From NCBI GenBank assembly GCA_910587065.1, contig CAJUMA010000005.1, positions 5,644 to 69,643 on the forward strand: a stretch of 64,000 bases of DNA, read 5' to 3'. The notes beneath the pieces were generated by a model that saw only the letters and a program-made list of their open reading frames with translations, made no database searches and had not been told where the DNA came from. Within the stretch, counting starts at the first letter, position 1. Each line of letters opens with the position of its first letter. The translations under genes and the position numbers were made by a program. The stretch is from an uncultured Bacilli bacterium (lineage in GTDB: Bacteria; Bacillota_I; Bacilli_A; RF39; UBA660). Positions 8,453 through 19,756 of this stretch are shown here, piece by piece.

Positions 8453-9792
8453 TGGATTCGCCAGTTAATATAGATTTAAGTGTCTTAGATAATCAAATAA
8501 CTAATATTAAAGAAATTATCGATTTATTAAATACTAGAGAATTAACCCCAAATTTTATTGATCATTTAAAAAACTTAAAAAATAGATTAGATTCAATGGA
8601 TCTTGAAAACAAAGAAGAACTACTAAAAGTATTTGATTGCAAAATAATAGAATTTGAAACTAAGAATAGTAATTCCAAAACAAATCAAGAAGCTTTAAAT
8701 CTCTTAAGAGATGTAATATCAGATTTTCAAAGACTTTCTATTGTATCAACTAAAAAAGAAGAAAATGATTCTAACCGAGCAATTGATTATTTGACATTCA
8801 GAACCGATGCTAATAAAATTGAGATGCTTTCATGTGATTATGAATCAACAATTCAAGATTTTATCACTAGTAACACTGATAAATTACCTTCTATGAGTGC
8901 TTATGATGTTTTTCATCTTTTTAAAGAATATATTCACCGTGAAGTAAAGTTTGAAAGTCCAGAGGCTTTAAAAAATGATCAAGATAAAAGACAAACAGCA
9001 GTCGTTAATGATCCTGAAGTTGAATTGCTTGAACTAGAGGAGTTAAAAAGCTATAAGAGAACTTATGGTATAGAAGGGGACATTGCCGTCGCGATTGATA
9101 ATAATGGTGAACGAATTTATCAAGTAGGTGATGGTCTAATCAAATTTAAAACAGTAATTAACAAAAGAATAATGCAAGTATTAAAGCAGCCAACAGTAAA
9201 AACAAATGATTTATATACTGAATTAATAAATGAACTAGATGAAGAAGATGGCTTAACCATTCAAAAAGAAAAAGTAAAAGAAACCGAAAGGAATGTAAGA
9301 GCGGATACTTATGATGCTCTAGAGCCATCTTTTAATAAAGAACGTTTAATTGAAATAATTGCTAGAAGAGATGTCTATGATATTGAATTGACTTATGAAG
9401 AAGAACATGAATTAAATACCTATATTAAGTTTTTAATTTCTCATATTGAAAAAAACATTGAAACAAACACTCAAGCTGATGAGACAACCAAACTAGCAAC
9501 TGAGATTATGGAAAATGCTCGAGGAGCAAAACCAAGTTTAGTTGATGCATATACATCTATTCAAAATGGTGAATTAAAAGAAAACGAATTAAATGATTTA
9601 GAAAAAGAATTTGCAAGAAGATATATTAACGGAAAAGATAAGATGCAAAAAATGGGCTTAATGAATAACTTAAATAAAAACTTAAAATTAGCTCCAGAAA
9701 CAAAATCAAATGGCATCGCAACAGTAGTTTTATTACTAGAATTAATTACTTTAGCAATGTTTATTATGATGTTTTTAAGACTTGATATATAA
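8452..9792 (+). CDS. hypothetical coiled-coil protein with C-terminal transmembrane anchor, translationally coupled to the SEDS gene
   Basis: ATGA start/stop overlap with 7319..8452; charged helical sequence; C-terminal IATVVLLLELITLAMFIMMFL. Confidence 0.5.
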   Translation: MDSPVNIDLSVLDNQITNIKEIIDLLNTRELTPNFIDHLKNLKNRLDSMDLENKEELLKVFDCKIIEFETKNSNSKTNQEALNLLRDVISDFQRLSIVSTKKEENDSNRAIDYLTFRTDANKIEMLSCDYESTIQDFITSNTDKLPSMSAYDVFHLFKEYIHREVKFESPEALKNDQDKRQTAVVNDPEVELLELEELKSYKRTYGIEGDIAVAIDNNGERIYQVGDGLIKFKTVINKRIMQVLKQPTVKTNDLYTELINELDEEDGLTIQKEKVKETERNVRADTYDALEPSFNKERLIEIIARRDVYDIELTYEEEHELNTYIKFLISHIEKNIETNTQADETTKLATEIMENARGAKPSLVDAYTSIQNGELKENELNDLEKEFARRYINGKDKMQKMGLMNNLNKNLKLAPETKSNGIATVVLLLELITLAMFIMMFLRLDI

Positions 9793-9832
9793 GAATATTT
9801 AAATTATAATTAATTAAACAAAGGAGATAATT

Positions 9833-10375
9833 ATGAATTATATTGAAGATGCAGAATTAACAATGATGAAATCTATAGAAAATTTAGAGGCAAGACTTGT
9901 AACAGTTCGTGCTGGAAGAGCTAACGCTAGTATGCTAAATGGTATAACAGTTGAATACTATGGTTCAACTTCACCAATTAATGCTCTTGCCAATATAACT
10001 GTACCAGAGGCAAGACAACTATTTATTAAACCTTTTGATAAGTCAGCAATCAAAGATATTGAAAGAGCGATTAATGAAGCTAATATTGGTATTACACCAA
10101 CCAATAATGGCGAAATGGTTATATTAACTGTTCCAGAATTAACTGAAGAAACAAGAAGAAACTATGTTAAACAAGTAAGTGAAATGGGAGAACAAGCAAA
10201 AATTGCCTTACGTAATGCTAGGCAAGATGCTAATAACGCCATAAAAAAAGATGAGAGTCTAACAGAAGATGAGGCAAAGTCATTAACAGAAGATGTTCAA
10301 GAATTGATAAATAAATATAATAAAATCGTTGATGATAGAATAAAAGAAAAAGAAAATGAATTAATGAGTGTTTAA
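9833..10375 (+). CDS. frr: ribosome recycling factor
   Basis: RAGRANASMLNGITVEYYGSTSPINALANITVPEARQLFIKPFD is the classic RRF sequence. Confidence 0.9.
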   Translation: MNYIEDAELTMMKSIENLEARLVTVRAGRANASMLNGITVEYYGSTSPINALANITVPEARQLFIKPFDKSAIKDIERAINEANIGITPTNNGEMVILTVPELTEETRRNYVKQVSEMGEQAKIALRNARQDANNAIKKDESLTEDEAKSLTEDVQELINKYNKIVDDRIKEKENELMSV

Positions 10376-10388
10376 TCACTCGTTTTTT
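10366..10388 (+). terminator. rho-independent terminator after frr
   Basis: GAGTG-TTTAAT-CACTC hairpin overlapping the stop codon, followed by GTTTTTT. Confidence 0.5.
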
Positions 10389-10485
10389 AGTGCATATTCT
10401 TAACTTGTACTGTAGAATATTTAGAAGAAGATTTTATACAATATATTGAAGATGTAATATTAAGATAAAAACATAAAAAAAGTAA

Positions 10486-10680
10486 TTAGTCGGAACCAAT
10501 TACGCTTATTAAATAAAGTGCTAAAGGAACAAGAAATGATGAAAGCATTGCAATAAACATAACCCATACAAATATTTTAGTTCCAATGGAAGTATTATCA
10601 CTTTTTTTCTTCTTTTTCTTTTTATTTGATTGTTTTATACGAATATCTCCAACCACTTCGTAGTCTTTTTCATTTTTCAT
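10486..10680 (-). CDS. small membrane protein with a poly-lysine tract (64 aa)
   Basis: ORF with a KKKKKKK run and one TM helix; no homology recognised. Confidence 0.35.
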   Translation of the reverse strand: MKNEKDYEVVGDIRIKQSNKKKKKKKSDNTSIGTKIFVWVMFIAMLSSFLVPLALYLISVIGSD

Positions 10681-10756
10681 GCATTATCACCTGTAAACAT
10701 TATATAATAATTAGAATAATTTTTAAAGTATTAAATAATATTAAATAGGTGAAATC

Positions 10757-11302
10757 ATGAAAAAGAATAAGAATGTAGCACTATTTATAGGATTAATTGT
10801 CTTAATTGCAGTAATAACAGGTTTTATATATGGAATTAATAGAAATATTGATGCAACGAACTTTTTAGAAAGCTTAAATACTCACAATAATTTGTTTTTG
10901 CATCATTCATTACTAATAGTTATAATTTTAATCTCAACACTTGCTTTAATAAATATGGTAAGCGAAACAGTAATATTTAGTATAGAAGGCCTAACATCAG
11001 GTTTTCTCATTGGCGTTCTCTTTAAAAGCTATAAATTAAATGGCTTATTTATGGGAATCCTTGTAACAATAGTCAATAAACTAATATTCCTAATACTCAT
11101 TAGCTATCTTTTTATGATAAGTATTAATTATATAAAAAAGATAATAAAGAACTTACTTGGTATAAAAAATGATTATATAAGAGTTTTGATAAAACCCTTA
11201 TTAAAGAGATTTGCTTTAATTCTTGTCATAAGTTTAATAAATGACACAATTATTTATTTTTTTGGTAATATGTTGTTAAAAAACTTTGTAAATATGCTAT
11301 AA
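10757..11302 (+). CDS. hypothetical integral membrane protein (about 5 TM)
   Basis: AGGTGA RBS; hydrophobic throughout. Confidence 0.5.
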   Translation: MKKNKNVALFIGLIVLIAVITGFIYGINRNIDATNFLESLNTHNNLFLHHSLLIVIILISTLALINMVSETVIFSIEGLTSGFLIGVLFKSYKLNGLFMGILVTIVNKLIFLILISYLFMISINYIKKIIKNLLGIKNDYIRVLIKPLLKRFALILVISLINDTIIYFFGNMLLKNFVNML

Positions 11303-11327
11303 TATTAAAAAGTTAGTGGGTGGTTAT

Positions 11328-12437
11328 GTGACTAAAAAAGTAGTAATTGGAATGTCTGGTGGAGTCGATTCTTCAGTTGCAGCCTATTTACTTCAAAAAC
11401 AAGGATATGAAGTTATTGGACTATTTATGCGTAATTGGGATTCCATGATTAATAATGACATAGAAGGAAATCCTAATATTGGGGCTAATATTTGCCCACA
11501 AGAAGAAGACTATAATGATGCTTTAGCTGTTTGTAATCATTTAGGAATTCCCCTTCATAGAATAGATTTTATTAAAGAATACTGGGATAATGTATTCACT
11601 TACTTTTTAGAGGAATTAAAATTAGGTCGTACACCAAATCCTGATCTTATGTGTAATAAGTATATAAAGTTTGATTCTTTCGTAAAAGAGGCAAGAAAAC
11701 TTGGTGCAGATTACATTGCTACAGGTCATTATGCTAGAATTGAAGGCTGTAAATTATATCGTGCAAAGGATTTAAATAAAGATCAAAGTTATTTTTTGGC
11801 TCAAGTAGCACCACATCAACTAAAAGATGTATTATTCCCAATTGGCGATTTAATTAAACCAGAGGTAAGACAAATAGCTGAGGACATAAATATTCCAACA
11901 GCAAGAAAAAAAGATTCGACGGGAATATGTTTTATTGGTGAAAGAAATTATCAAAAATTTGTTCAAAATTATCTAAAACCTAATCCAGGTAAAATAATAA
12001 ATATCGATACAAAGGAAGAAATTGGCAAACATGAAGGGTTAATGAATTATACAATCGGTCAAAGAAGAAATGTTGGCGTTTCTGGTTTTGCACTAAAGCA
12101 TTTTGTCGTCGGCAAAAATGTTTCTAAAAATGAACTTTATATTGCTTTTGGTGAAGATCCTGAAACTTTATATTCAGATGAGTGTATAGTTGATAATATA
12201 AATTTTATTTCACCCAACCATCCAACATTCTGTACAGCAAAGTTTAGATATAGAGGCCCCGACCATGAAGTAATGCTAGAATATTTAGAGAATGACATGA
12301 TTTCTGTAAAATATCCTAAAAAAGTAAAAGCAGTGACTCCCGGACAAGCTTGTGTTTTTTACTTAGGTGAACAGTGTCTAGGCAGTGGTATTATTAAAGA
12401 AGTTCGAAAAAATGGCGAGAAATTATGGTATTTATAG
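11328..12437 (+). CDS. mnmA: tRNA 2-thiouridine(34) synthase MnmA
   Basis: VVIGMSGGVDSSVAAYLL PP-loop and CNKYIKF motif. Start chosen at GTG 11328 after GTGGGTGG; the track used the in-frame GTG at 11316. Confidence 0.8.
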   Translation: MTKKVVIGMSGGVDSSVAAYLLQKQGYEVIGLFMRNWDSMINNDIEGNPNIGANICPQEEDYNDALAVCNHLGIPLHRIDFIKEYWDNVFTYFLEELKLGRTPNPDLMCNKYIKFDSFVKEARKLGADYIATGHYARIEGCKLYRAKDLNKDQSYFLAQVAPHQLKDVLFPIGDLIKPEVRQIAEDINIPTARKKDSTGICFIGERNYQKFVQNYLKPNPGKIINIDTKEEIGKHEGLMNYTIGQRRNVGVSGFALKHFVVGKNVSKNELYIAFGEDPETLYSDECIVDNINFISPNHPTFCTAKFRYRGPDHEVMLEYLENDMISVKYPKKVKAVTPGQACVFYLGEQCLGSGIIKEVRKNGEKLWYL

Positions 12438-12546
12438 AAAAAAACAGTAGAAAATGCTGTTTTTTTAAATTTTTTTAAAAAAATATGCAAAAAAATAAAG
12501 TAAAATAAGAGGTAAGCGGTAATAAGTATATATAGAGGGTGATTTA

Positions 12547-14283
12547 GTGGCAGTTCTTGATAATGGTGAAATCAATCGAATACAACAAACAGCTAATATC
12601 GTTGAAATAATAAGTTCATACATCACACTTGAAAAAAAAGGAAAAAATTATTTTGGAATGTGCCCATTTCATGATGATCACAATCCTTCTATGAGTGTCA
12701 GTGAGGAAAAGGGGTTATTTACCTGTTTTGTATGTCATAAGACAGGGAATGTTTTCTCCTTCGTTCAAGATTATGAAAATATTTCTTTTATTGAAGCTGT
12801 TAAAATTGTTGCAAACAAAGTTGGAATAGAAATTGAAACAGGATACAAAGAAACAAGTAAATACTCAAAACATTATGAAGCTGTAGACTTGGCTTTAAAA
12901 TTTTATCAAAACAATTTAAAAAGTCGAGATGGAACTAAAGCCCACGAATATTTAAAAAAGCGTGGTATTACAGATGAAATAATTGAAGAATTTAATATAG
13001 GTTATGCATCCAATAACTATGATACTATAACCAAACTATTAACTAATAAAGGCTATGATGAAGAAATACTAATTGATGCAGGTTTATCAGTAAGAGGGCA
13101 GACCTTATATGATTTATTTAGGAACCGTATCACTTTCCCAATACATAATCCCAACGGAAAGCCTGTTGGCTTTTCCGCACGTATATATGAGGATGTAAAA
13201 GAAGCAAAATATATTAATACTAAAGAAACCCCAATATTTAAAAAAGGAAAGATTTTATTTAATTACCATCGCGCTCAAAACGAAGCGAGGAGAGTAAAAA
13301 GTCTAATTGTTGTTGAAGGGCAAATGGATGCAATAAGGATATATGCATCAGGCATAAAAAATGTTGTTGCAACAATGGGTACTGCTTTAACTGGTGACCA
13401 TATAAAGTTATTAAAAAAATTAAATGTTCCAATAATACTGTGTATGGATAATGATGAAGCCGGCGAAAAAGCCACTATTCAAAACGGAGAAGCCTTGTCT
13501 AAATCGGCTGTCGATTTAAGAATATTAAGATTAAGTGGAGCAAAAGACCCAGATGAATATATCCTAAAGCACTCTAAGGAAGAGTTTCTAGATGCAATCA
13601 ATAATGCCATTACTTATTTTGATTTTAAGTTAAATTACTATAAAAAAGATAAAAATTTAAATAAAGTAGAAGATGTTTCAAAATACATTAATCAGGTTGT
13701 AAAAGAACTGAATAAAAGTAATGATCCAATCCTAATAGATTTAACAGTTAATGACTTGGCTGCAAATTATGGTATTGATAAAAATGTTTTGCTTAATCAA
13801 ATAATCAAAATTGAAGCACCAAAAGTCGAAAAAATCGCGGTAAGAAAAGAAAAAAAACTATCAAAAAATCAAAAATTATCGAGTATACTTTTATATTATA
13901 TGATGAATGATATCAAATATATAAAGTTATATGAGCAAGAACTTAGTTTTATTCCTGATGAAGAATATTTGGAAATCGCGAATGATATACTTGCATTTTA
14001 CTTAAAATACAATTATATTAGTATAGCAGATTTTATTTCTTATGAAATAAGCAAAGATAACTATGAACAAGTCCTGAGCATTGTAGATAACAACATAAAA
14101 ATTGAATTAAAAGATGCTGACTATGTAGGTATAGTTAATAAAATTAAAAACTGGATATGTGAAGACAAAATAGAAGAATTAAAAGAAAAACAAAAAAATA
14201 TTTCAGATATTAATGAAAAACTTAATATAGCAAATGAAATTGCGAAAATGAAGAAGAGGATGTGTCAAAATGAAGAAAGTTAA
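12547..14283 (+). CDS. dnaG: DNA primase
   Basis: CHC2 zinc finger [36 protein letters not shown] and DNDEAG motifs; GTG start. Confidence 0.9.
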   Translation: MAVLDNGEINRIQQTANIVEIISSYITLEKKGKNYFGMCPFHDDHNPSMSVSEEKGLFTCFVCHKTGNVFSFVQDYENISFIEAVKIVANKVGIEIETGYKETSKYSKHYEAVDLALKFYQNNLKSRDGTKAHEYLKKRGITDEIIEEFNIGYASNNYDTITKLLTNKGYDEEILIDAGLSVRGQTLYDLFRNRITFPIHNPNGKPVGFSARIYEDVKEAKYINTKETPIFKKGKILFNYHRAQNEARRVKSLIVVEGQMDAIRIYASGIKNVVATMGTALTGDHIKLLKKLNVPIILCMDNDEAGEKATIQNGEALSKSAVDLRILRLSGAKDPDEYILKHSKEEFLDAINNAITYFDFKLNYYKKDKNLNKVEDVSKYINQVVKELNKSNDPILIDLTVNDLAANYGIDKNVLLNQIIKIEAPKVEKIAVRKEKKLSKNQKLSSILLYYMMNDIKYIKLYEQELSFIPDEEYLEIANDILAFYLKYNYISIADFISYEISKDNYEQVLSIVDNNIKIELKDADYVGIVNKIKNWICEDKIEELKEKQKNISDINEKLNIANEIAKMKKRMCQNEES

Positions 14284-15367
14284 TGAAATTAAAACTTTTG
14301 ATGAAAGAAAACAAGAATTAATTGAAATAGGGCAAAAGAAAGGTTACATAACATTCGAGGAATTAGCAAATGCCTTAAAAGGCTTAGATATGGATGCTGA
14401 TTCACTTGATCAATTATATAACACATTTATTGAATTAGGCATAAGTGTTATAACTGAGGAAGATGAAGCATCAGGTGGAGCTAAAAAAGAAGAGGAAGTA
14501 GTAGTACTTAATGATGAGGATCTTACAAAAGATGTAAACATTAATGATCCAGTGCGTATGTACTTAAAAGAAATTGGTCGTATTTCATTACTTTCTACTG
14601 AAGAAGAAATGGATTTATCAATTCGTGTTGCCAATGGTGAAGAAGAAGCAAGAAATATTTTAGCAGAATCAAATTTACGTTTAGTTGTATCAATTGCTAA
14701 AAGGTACGTAGGTCGTGGTTTACTATTTCTTGATTTAATTCAAGAAGGAAATATTGGGCTTATGAAAGCTGTAGAAAAATTCGATTTTGGTAAAGGTTAT
14801 AAGTTCTCAACATACGCTACATGGTGGATTCGCCAAGCTATTACTCGTGCTTTAGCAGATCAAGCTAGAACTATTCGTGTACCTGTTCATATGGTTGAAA
14901 CAATTAATAAAATGGCACGTATTCAAAGACAAATGACTCTTGAACTAAATCGTGAACCAAGTGAAGAAGAACTAGCTAAGAAAATGGGTATCTCTGTAGA
15001 AAAGGTTCGTGAAGTAATAAAAATTAGTCAAGACCCAGTCTCTCTTGAAACGCCAATTGGTGAAGAGGATGACTCGCATTTAGGGGACTTTATAAAAGAT
15101 GAATCTTCTTTATCACCTGAAGAATATGCAACAAATGAAATATTAAAAGAAGAGATAAAAGCGGTTCTATCAACTCTACAACCAAGAGAACAACAAGTAT
15201 TAGAGTTAAGATTTGGACTTATTGATGGCACAAGTTATACACTAGAAGAAGTTGGTAAACGTTTTAATGTTACACGTGAAAGAATAAGACAAATAGAAGC
15301 AAAAGCATTAAGAAAACTAAGACATCCTTCTCGTGCTAAAAAATTAAAAGATTTTATGACAGAGTAA
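14270..15367 (+). CDS. rpoD: RNA polymerase sigma factor RpoD/SigA
   Basis: Regions 1.2 to 4 are present, including [13 protein letters not shown] and the region 4 [23 protein letters not shown]. Confidence 0.9.
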   Translation: MKKVNEIKTFDERKQELIEIGQKKGYITFEELANALKGLDMDADSLDQLYNTFIELGISVITEEDEASGGAKKEEEVVVLNDEDLTKDVNINDPVRMYLKEIGRISLLSTEEEMDLSIRVANGEEEARNILAESNLRLVVSIAKRYVGRGLLFLDLIQEGNIGLMKAVEKFDFGKGYKFSTYATWWIRQAITRALADQARTIRVPVHMVETINKMARIQRQMTLELNREPSEEELAKKMGISVEKVREVIKISQDPVSLETPIGEEDDSHLGDFIKDESSLSPEEYATNEILKEEIKAVLSTLQPREQQVLELRFGLIDGTSYTLEEVGKRFNVTRERIRQIEAKALRKLRHPSRAKKLKDFMTE

Positions 15368-15368
15368 A

Positions 15369-15393
15369 ACAAGGAATCACCTTGTTTTTTTTC
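15369..15393 (+). terminator. rho-independent terminator after rpoD
   Basis: ACAAGG-AATCAC-CCTTGT hairpin followed by TTTTTTT. Confidence 0.55.
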
Positions 15394-15432
15394 TGATTCA
15401 CTGCTATAATTATTTTACGATAGGGTGATTAA

Positions 15433-16260
15433 GTGGAAAGAATATTAAAAAAAGTTTTATATATCATTACGGCATTTACTTTAGTGTTTATATCCGATTA
15501 TTTAGTAGTTAAACCATTATTAAAAAATAATCAAGATTTATCACTAAAGGAATCAGAACTTAAAGCAACAATTTTAGAGAAAAAGTTAGAAAATCAATTA
15601 AATTTATACAGTAAATATAGTATTGATAATGTTAATGAATTAAATAAAAAATCTCAAGAATGGTATCAAGTTAATTTAAGAAGCGACATTGTAATTAAAT
15701 TTCAATATTCAAACAAAGCAAGCAGTACATCTAAATTTAATTTAATTATTAATGATACAAAAATCGAAAATGAAGAAGAGATATACGAATATGATAAATA
15801 TAAAATAAATTTTTACCTATACAGTGATATTCTTGTAGTTGAACACAAAAAATCATACAATCAAACATCATTCATTAAAATAATTGATATAACAACTAAT
15901 GAAATAAAGGATTTTCCAACATTTCAAGAGTTTTACATTAACGATATAATAATAGATGAGTATGGTCTTACAGCATCATACAGTCGCTTAACTTCAAAGT
16001 TAGACTACTATATAGAAAGCAAAGAAACTATGCTAACTCTTAGGGTAGGAAATGATTTTATATCGATGAATACATGTAACCGCTATACATGGCCAAAAGA
16101 GTTATCTAATCTTGAATGTGTGGCATTTGACTTGAATTATGTTTATCAAAATAATGCTATTGATTTTAGTAATACAGTAACAACTAATTCTAAAAAATTA
16201 AGCACTTTTTTAGAACCATATATCAAAGATTTTAATAATATTTGTAAAAATAGTAATTAG
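15433..16260 (+). CDS. hypothetical protein with N-terminal signal/anchor (275 aa)
   Basis: GTG start after an AGGGTGA RBS; N-terminal hydrophobic segment. Confidence 0.45.
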   Translation: MERILKKVLYIITAFTLVFISDYLVVKPLLKNNQDLSLKESELKATILEKKLENQLNLYSKYSIDNVNELNKKSQEWYQVNLRSDIVIKFQYSNKASSTSKFNLIINDTKIENEEEIYEYDKYKINFYLYSDILVVEHKKSYNQTSFIKIIDITTNEIKDFPTFQEFYINDIIIDEYGLTASYSRLTSKLDYYIESKETMLTLRVGNDFISMNTCNRYTWPKELSNLECVAFDLNYVYQNNAIDFSNTVTTNSKKLSTFLEPYIKDFNNICKNSN

Positions 16261-16323
16261 ATAAGTGAAAACTTATCTTTTATTATGGTATACTAAGCAT
16301 ATAAAAAGTTTGGATGTGTTAAC

Positions 16324-16980
16324 ATGATAAGTAAAAGATTAAAATCCTTAGCAAAGTATCTAAATTATGATGACTTAGTTATCGATATTGGCTGTGATCA
16401 TGCTCTTTTGGATATTTATTTGATAAACAATAATCTAATACCTAAAATTATTGTATCTGATATACATAAGTTAGCACTTGAAGCTGGGATTAATAATATC
16501 AAAAAAAGCAACCTTGAAGAAAAAATAGATGCACGTCTAGGAAATGGCCTTGAAGTGTTAGATAAAAAAGATAATATTGACACTGTCCTTATCTCTGGGA
16601 TGGGAACGAGCACAATTCTATCGATACTTAACAACAATTATTTAACAAATATTAAAAAACTAGTACTACAGTCGAATAACAACCATGAAGAATTAAGAAA
16701 AAAGATTATTTTGTTTGGATTTTATATCGCTGATGAAGAATATTTTATCGATAACAAAAAAAACTATATAAATATAGTTTTTAAAAAGGGAAAGAAAAAA
16801 TATACCAAAAATGAGTTAAAATATGGACCTTTTCTAATAAAAGATGTGTCTTATCTAAACTTTGAATTAAATAATTGCCTTAAAATAAAAGATTTAATTA
16901 AAAAGCCCAAACTAAAACAAAAAATAAGTTTGAATTTAGAAATAAAAAAATTGAATAAATACATAAAAAGGTGTGGATAA
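16324..16980 (+). CDS. trmK: tRNA (adenine22-N1)-methyltransferase TrmK (YqfN family)
   Basis: DIGCDHALLDIYL SAM-methyltransferase motif; conserved position downstream of dnaG-sigA as in Bacillus. Confidence 0.65.
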   Translation: MISKRLKSLAKYLNYDDLVIDIGCDHALLDIYLINNNLIPKIIVSDIHKLALEAGINNIKKSNLEEKIDARLGNGLEVLDKKDNIDTVLISGMGTSTILSILNNNYLTNIKKLVLQSNNNHEELRKKIILFGFYIADEEYFIDNKKNYINIVFKKGKKKYTKNELKYGPFLIKDVSYLNFELNNCLKIKDLIKKPKLKQKISLNLEIKKLNKYIKRCG

Positions 16981-18184
16981 AATGAAAGTAGCAGTTATAG
17001 GTGGTGGAGCATCAGGTGTTATAGCAGCTTTAAAAGCAAGTGAGCATGCTGATGTTATTCTCATTGAAGGAAATAATAAAATCGGGAAAAAGATTCTAAT
17101 TACAGGAAATGGTAAATGTAATTTTTGGAATAAAGTAATTGATACTACTAAATATAATTCAAATAACTTAAGTTTTTTAAATGGCTTACTTGCTAGACAA
17201 GACGAGGTTTATAATTTTTTAACAAAAACTCTTGGTATAACACCAACTGAGAAAAACGGTTATATCTATCCTCGCTCTAAAACAGCAAGTAGTATTTCTG
17301 AAGCCTTAAGCCGCGCACTAAATAATAGAAATGTTGATATTCTTTATAATCTTAAAGTTAAACATATAAAAATAAGTGATAATGCGATTATATTAAGTTT
17401 AAGTGATAATACAGAATTAAAAGTCGATAAAGTAATAGTTGCAACAGGAAGCAAAGCAGTAAGTAAAACTGGAAGTGATGGAAGTGGCTATGACTTACTA
17501 AAAGCTTTAGGTGTTAAAATCGTTCCTGTAACTCCCGCTTTAGTTCCTCTAAAAATAAGTGATGATGAAAAAAAACTGTGGTCAGGTGTAAGATGTGATG
17601 CAAAATTAACTATAATTAAGGATGATAAACAAACAAAAGAAGAAAGAGGCGAAATTCAATTAACAGATTATGGTATAAGTGGAATAGTGACATTTAATAT
17701 CAGTAGCCTAGTCTCGAACTTATTGATTAATCACGATAAAATTAATATAAATATTGATTTTATTCCTGAAATTGACAACTTAGAAAACTTTTTCGAAGAA
17801 AAAAATAGATACATGAATGCGCCCACTATAGAAGAATTATTAGAAACTATATTTAATTACAAACTTCTTCAAGCTATTTTAAGAAGAGCAGACTTAAAAA
17901 AAGAGATGAAGTGGTCAAACTTAAATATAGAAGAAAAAGGGAAATTAATCAACGCTATTAAGAATTTTCAAGTTGATGTGATTGGCACAGAAGATTATGA
18001 CAAAGCACAAGTTTGCCGCGGTGGAGTTTCTCTTAGTGAAATAGATAACACTTTTTCTTTAAAAACAAACAAGAATATAAAAGTTATTGGGGAAATTTTA
18101 GATGTTGATGGTAAGTGTGGCGGTTATAACCTAGCTTTTGCTTTTATATCAGGCTATATTGCTGGAGATGAAATCAATGATTAG
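16973..18184 (+). CDS. HI0933/BaiN-family NAD(P)/FAD-dependent flavoprotein
   Basis: VAVIGGGASGVIAA dinucleotide fold, ILITGNGKCNF motif and C-terminal GGYNL. Confidence 0.8.
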   Translation: MDKMKVAVIGGGASGVIAALKASEHADVILIEGNNKIGKKILITGNGKCNFWNKVIDTTKYNSNNLSFLNGLLARQDEVYNFLTKTLGITPTEKNGYIYPRSKTASSISEALSRALNNRNVDILYNLKVKHIKISDNAIILSLSDNTELKVDKVIVATGSKAVSKTGSDGSGYDLLKALGVKIVPVTPALVPLKISDDEKKLWSGVRCDAKLTIIKDDKQTKEERGEIQLTDYGISGIVTFNISSLVSNLLINHDKININIDFIPEIDNLENFFEEKNRYMNAPTIEELLETIFNYKLLQAILRRADLKKEMKWSNLNIEEKGKLINAIKNFQVDVIGTEDYDKAQVCRGGVSLSEIDNTFSLKTNKNIKVIGEILDVDGKCGGYNLAFAFISGYIAGDEIND

Positions 18185-19751
18185 AATAAAACAAATAAAA
18201 ATAGATGCTCATAAAAAACAAGATGAAGAAATAAAGAAAAAAATAAGATTTAATCTTCACTTAGACAAGAATGAAAAACTTGAATACATTATAAAAAAGC
18301 AATCACTTGATGCTCGTGATAAAAAATGCATTTACTACGTTTATAATGTTGATGTAACTGTTAAGAATGAAGATGCAATCCTAAAACGCAACAAAAATGC
18401 TTTAATAAGTAAGACACCTGTAGATGGTTATCAAAAAAAGACTACTAAGAATAAAAATCAGAAAGTCGTTATTGTCGGATCAGGTCCTGCGGGCTTATTT
18501 GCCGCTCATACTTTAGTGGAAGCGGGCATAAAACCCATTATTGTAGAGCGTGGGGAACAAATCGAAAAGAGAGTTAAAACAGTTCAGGAATTTTGGCAAA
18601 CTAATAAACTAAATATAAATTCCAATGTTCAATTTGGGGAAGGCGGAGCAGGGACATTTTCCGACGGAAAATTAAACACGTTAGTTAAAGATAAATATTT
18701 TTATGGCGAGCATGTTTTAAAAACGTTTGTAAGTTTTGGTGCACCAAAAGAAATACTATATAGTTATAAACCTCACATTGGTACTGACGTCTTAAGAGAG
18801 GTTATTATAAATATGCGTAAACATTTGCTTAGCCTAGGGGCAGTCTTTTTGTATAATAGCTGTATGACTGATTTAATTACTGAGAATGCTAAAATAAAAG
18901 GAATTATAATTAATAATTCTGAAAAAATAATGTGTGACAAACTAATTTTAGCAATCGGGCACAGTGCAAGGGACACATTTGAGTTACTTCATGAACGCGG
19001 ACTTGTCATGGAAGCAAAACCCTTTGCCGTTGGGTTAAGAATTGAACACTTACAAGATAAAATCAATGAAAGTCAATATGGCTCAATTTACAAAGATGAT
19101 TTAGGCCCAGCTACGTATAAACTAACCTACCAAAGTACTAATGGACATGGAGTATATTCTTTTTGTATGTGTCCAGGGGGTTATGTAGTTAACGCTTCTA
19201 GCGAGAATAATAGATTAGCAGTAAATGGGATGAGTTATTATAAAAGAGATTCTAAAAATGCCAATAGTGCCCTCATAGTGACTGTTGATAAAAGAGATTA
19301 TGGCAAAAATCTGTTTGATGGAGTAGAATTTCAAAAACAGCTTGAAGAAAAAGCTTATAGCATTGGAAAGAAAAATATTCCAATTCAATTATTAAAAGAC
19401 TATTATAATAATGTTCCGTCAACTAATCTAGGTAAAATAAAACCATGTATTAAAGGCAATTATGAGTTTGCCAATCTAAACGAGCTCTTACCAAAAGAAT
19501 TAAATGGAGCCTTAAAAGAAGCCATATCATATTTTGCTACTAAAATAGAAGGATTTAATGGTGATGATGCCATCCTTTCCGGTATTGAATCTCGCACTTC
19601 ATCGCCAATAAAAATATTGCGTAATTCTAACTTTTCTAGTAATATAGAAGGGATTTATCCAAGTGGTGAAGGGGCTGGCTATGCGGGTGGCATACAAACA
19701 TCAGCAATTGATGGAATAAAAGTCGCTGAGGAAATAATTATCAGGGGGTAA
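18177..19751 (+). CDS. FAD-dependent dehydrogenase (COG2509-like)
   Basis: N-terminal small domain then VVIVGSGPAGLFAA Rossmann motif. Start taken at ATG 18177, overlapping the upstream stop. Confidence 0.65.
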   Translation: MIRIKQIKIDAHKKQDEEIKKKIRFNLHLDKNEKLEYIIKKQSLDARDKKCIYYVYNVDVTVKNEDAILKRNKNALISKTPVDGYQKKTTKNKNQKVVIVGSGPAGLFAAHTLVEAGIKPIIVERGEQIEKRVKTVQEFWQTNKLNINSNVQFGEGGAGTFSDGKLNTLVKDKYFYGEHVLKTFVSFGAPKEILYSYKPHIGTDVLREVIINMRKHLLSLGAVFLYNSCMTDLITENAKIKGIIINNSEKIMCDKLILAIGHSARDTFELLHERGLVMEAKPFAVGLRIEHLQDKINESQYGSIYKDDLGPATYKLTYQSTNGHGVYSFCMCPGGYVVNASSENNRLAVNGMSYYKRDSKNANSALIVTVDKRDYGKNLFDGVEFQKQLEEKAYSIGKKNIPIQLLKDYYNNVPSTNLGKIKPCIKGNYEFANLNELLPKELNGALKEAISYFATKIEGFNGDDAILSGIESRTSSPIKILRNSNFSSNIEGIYPSGEGAGYAGGIQTSAIDGIKVAEEIIIRG

Positions 19752-19756
19752 TACTT

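Noticed and set aside
13275-15231. Short minus-strand ORFs (13275..13475, 14410..14634, 15028..15231) inside dnaG and rpoD
   Set aside because: Embedded antisense in conserved genes
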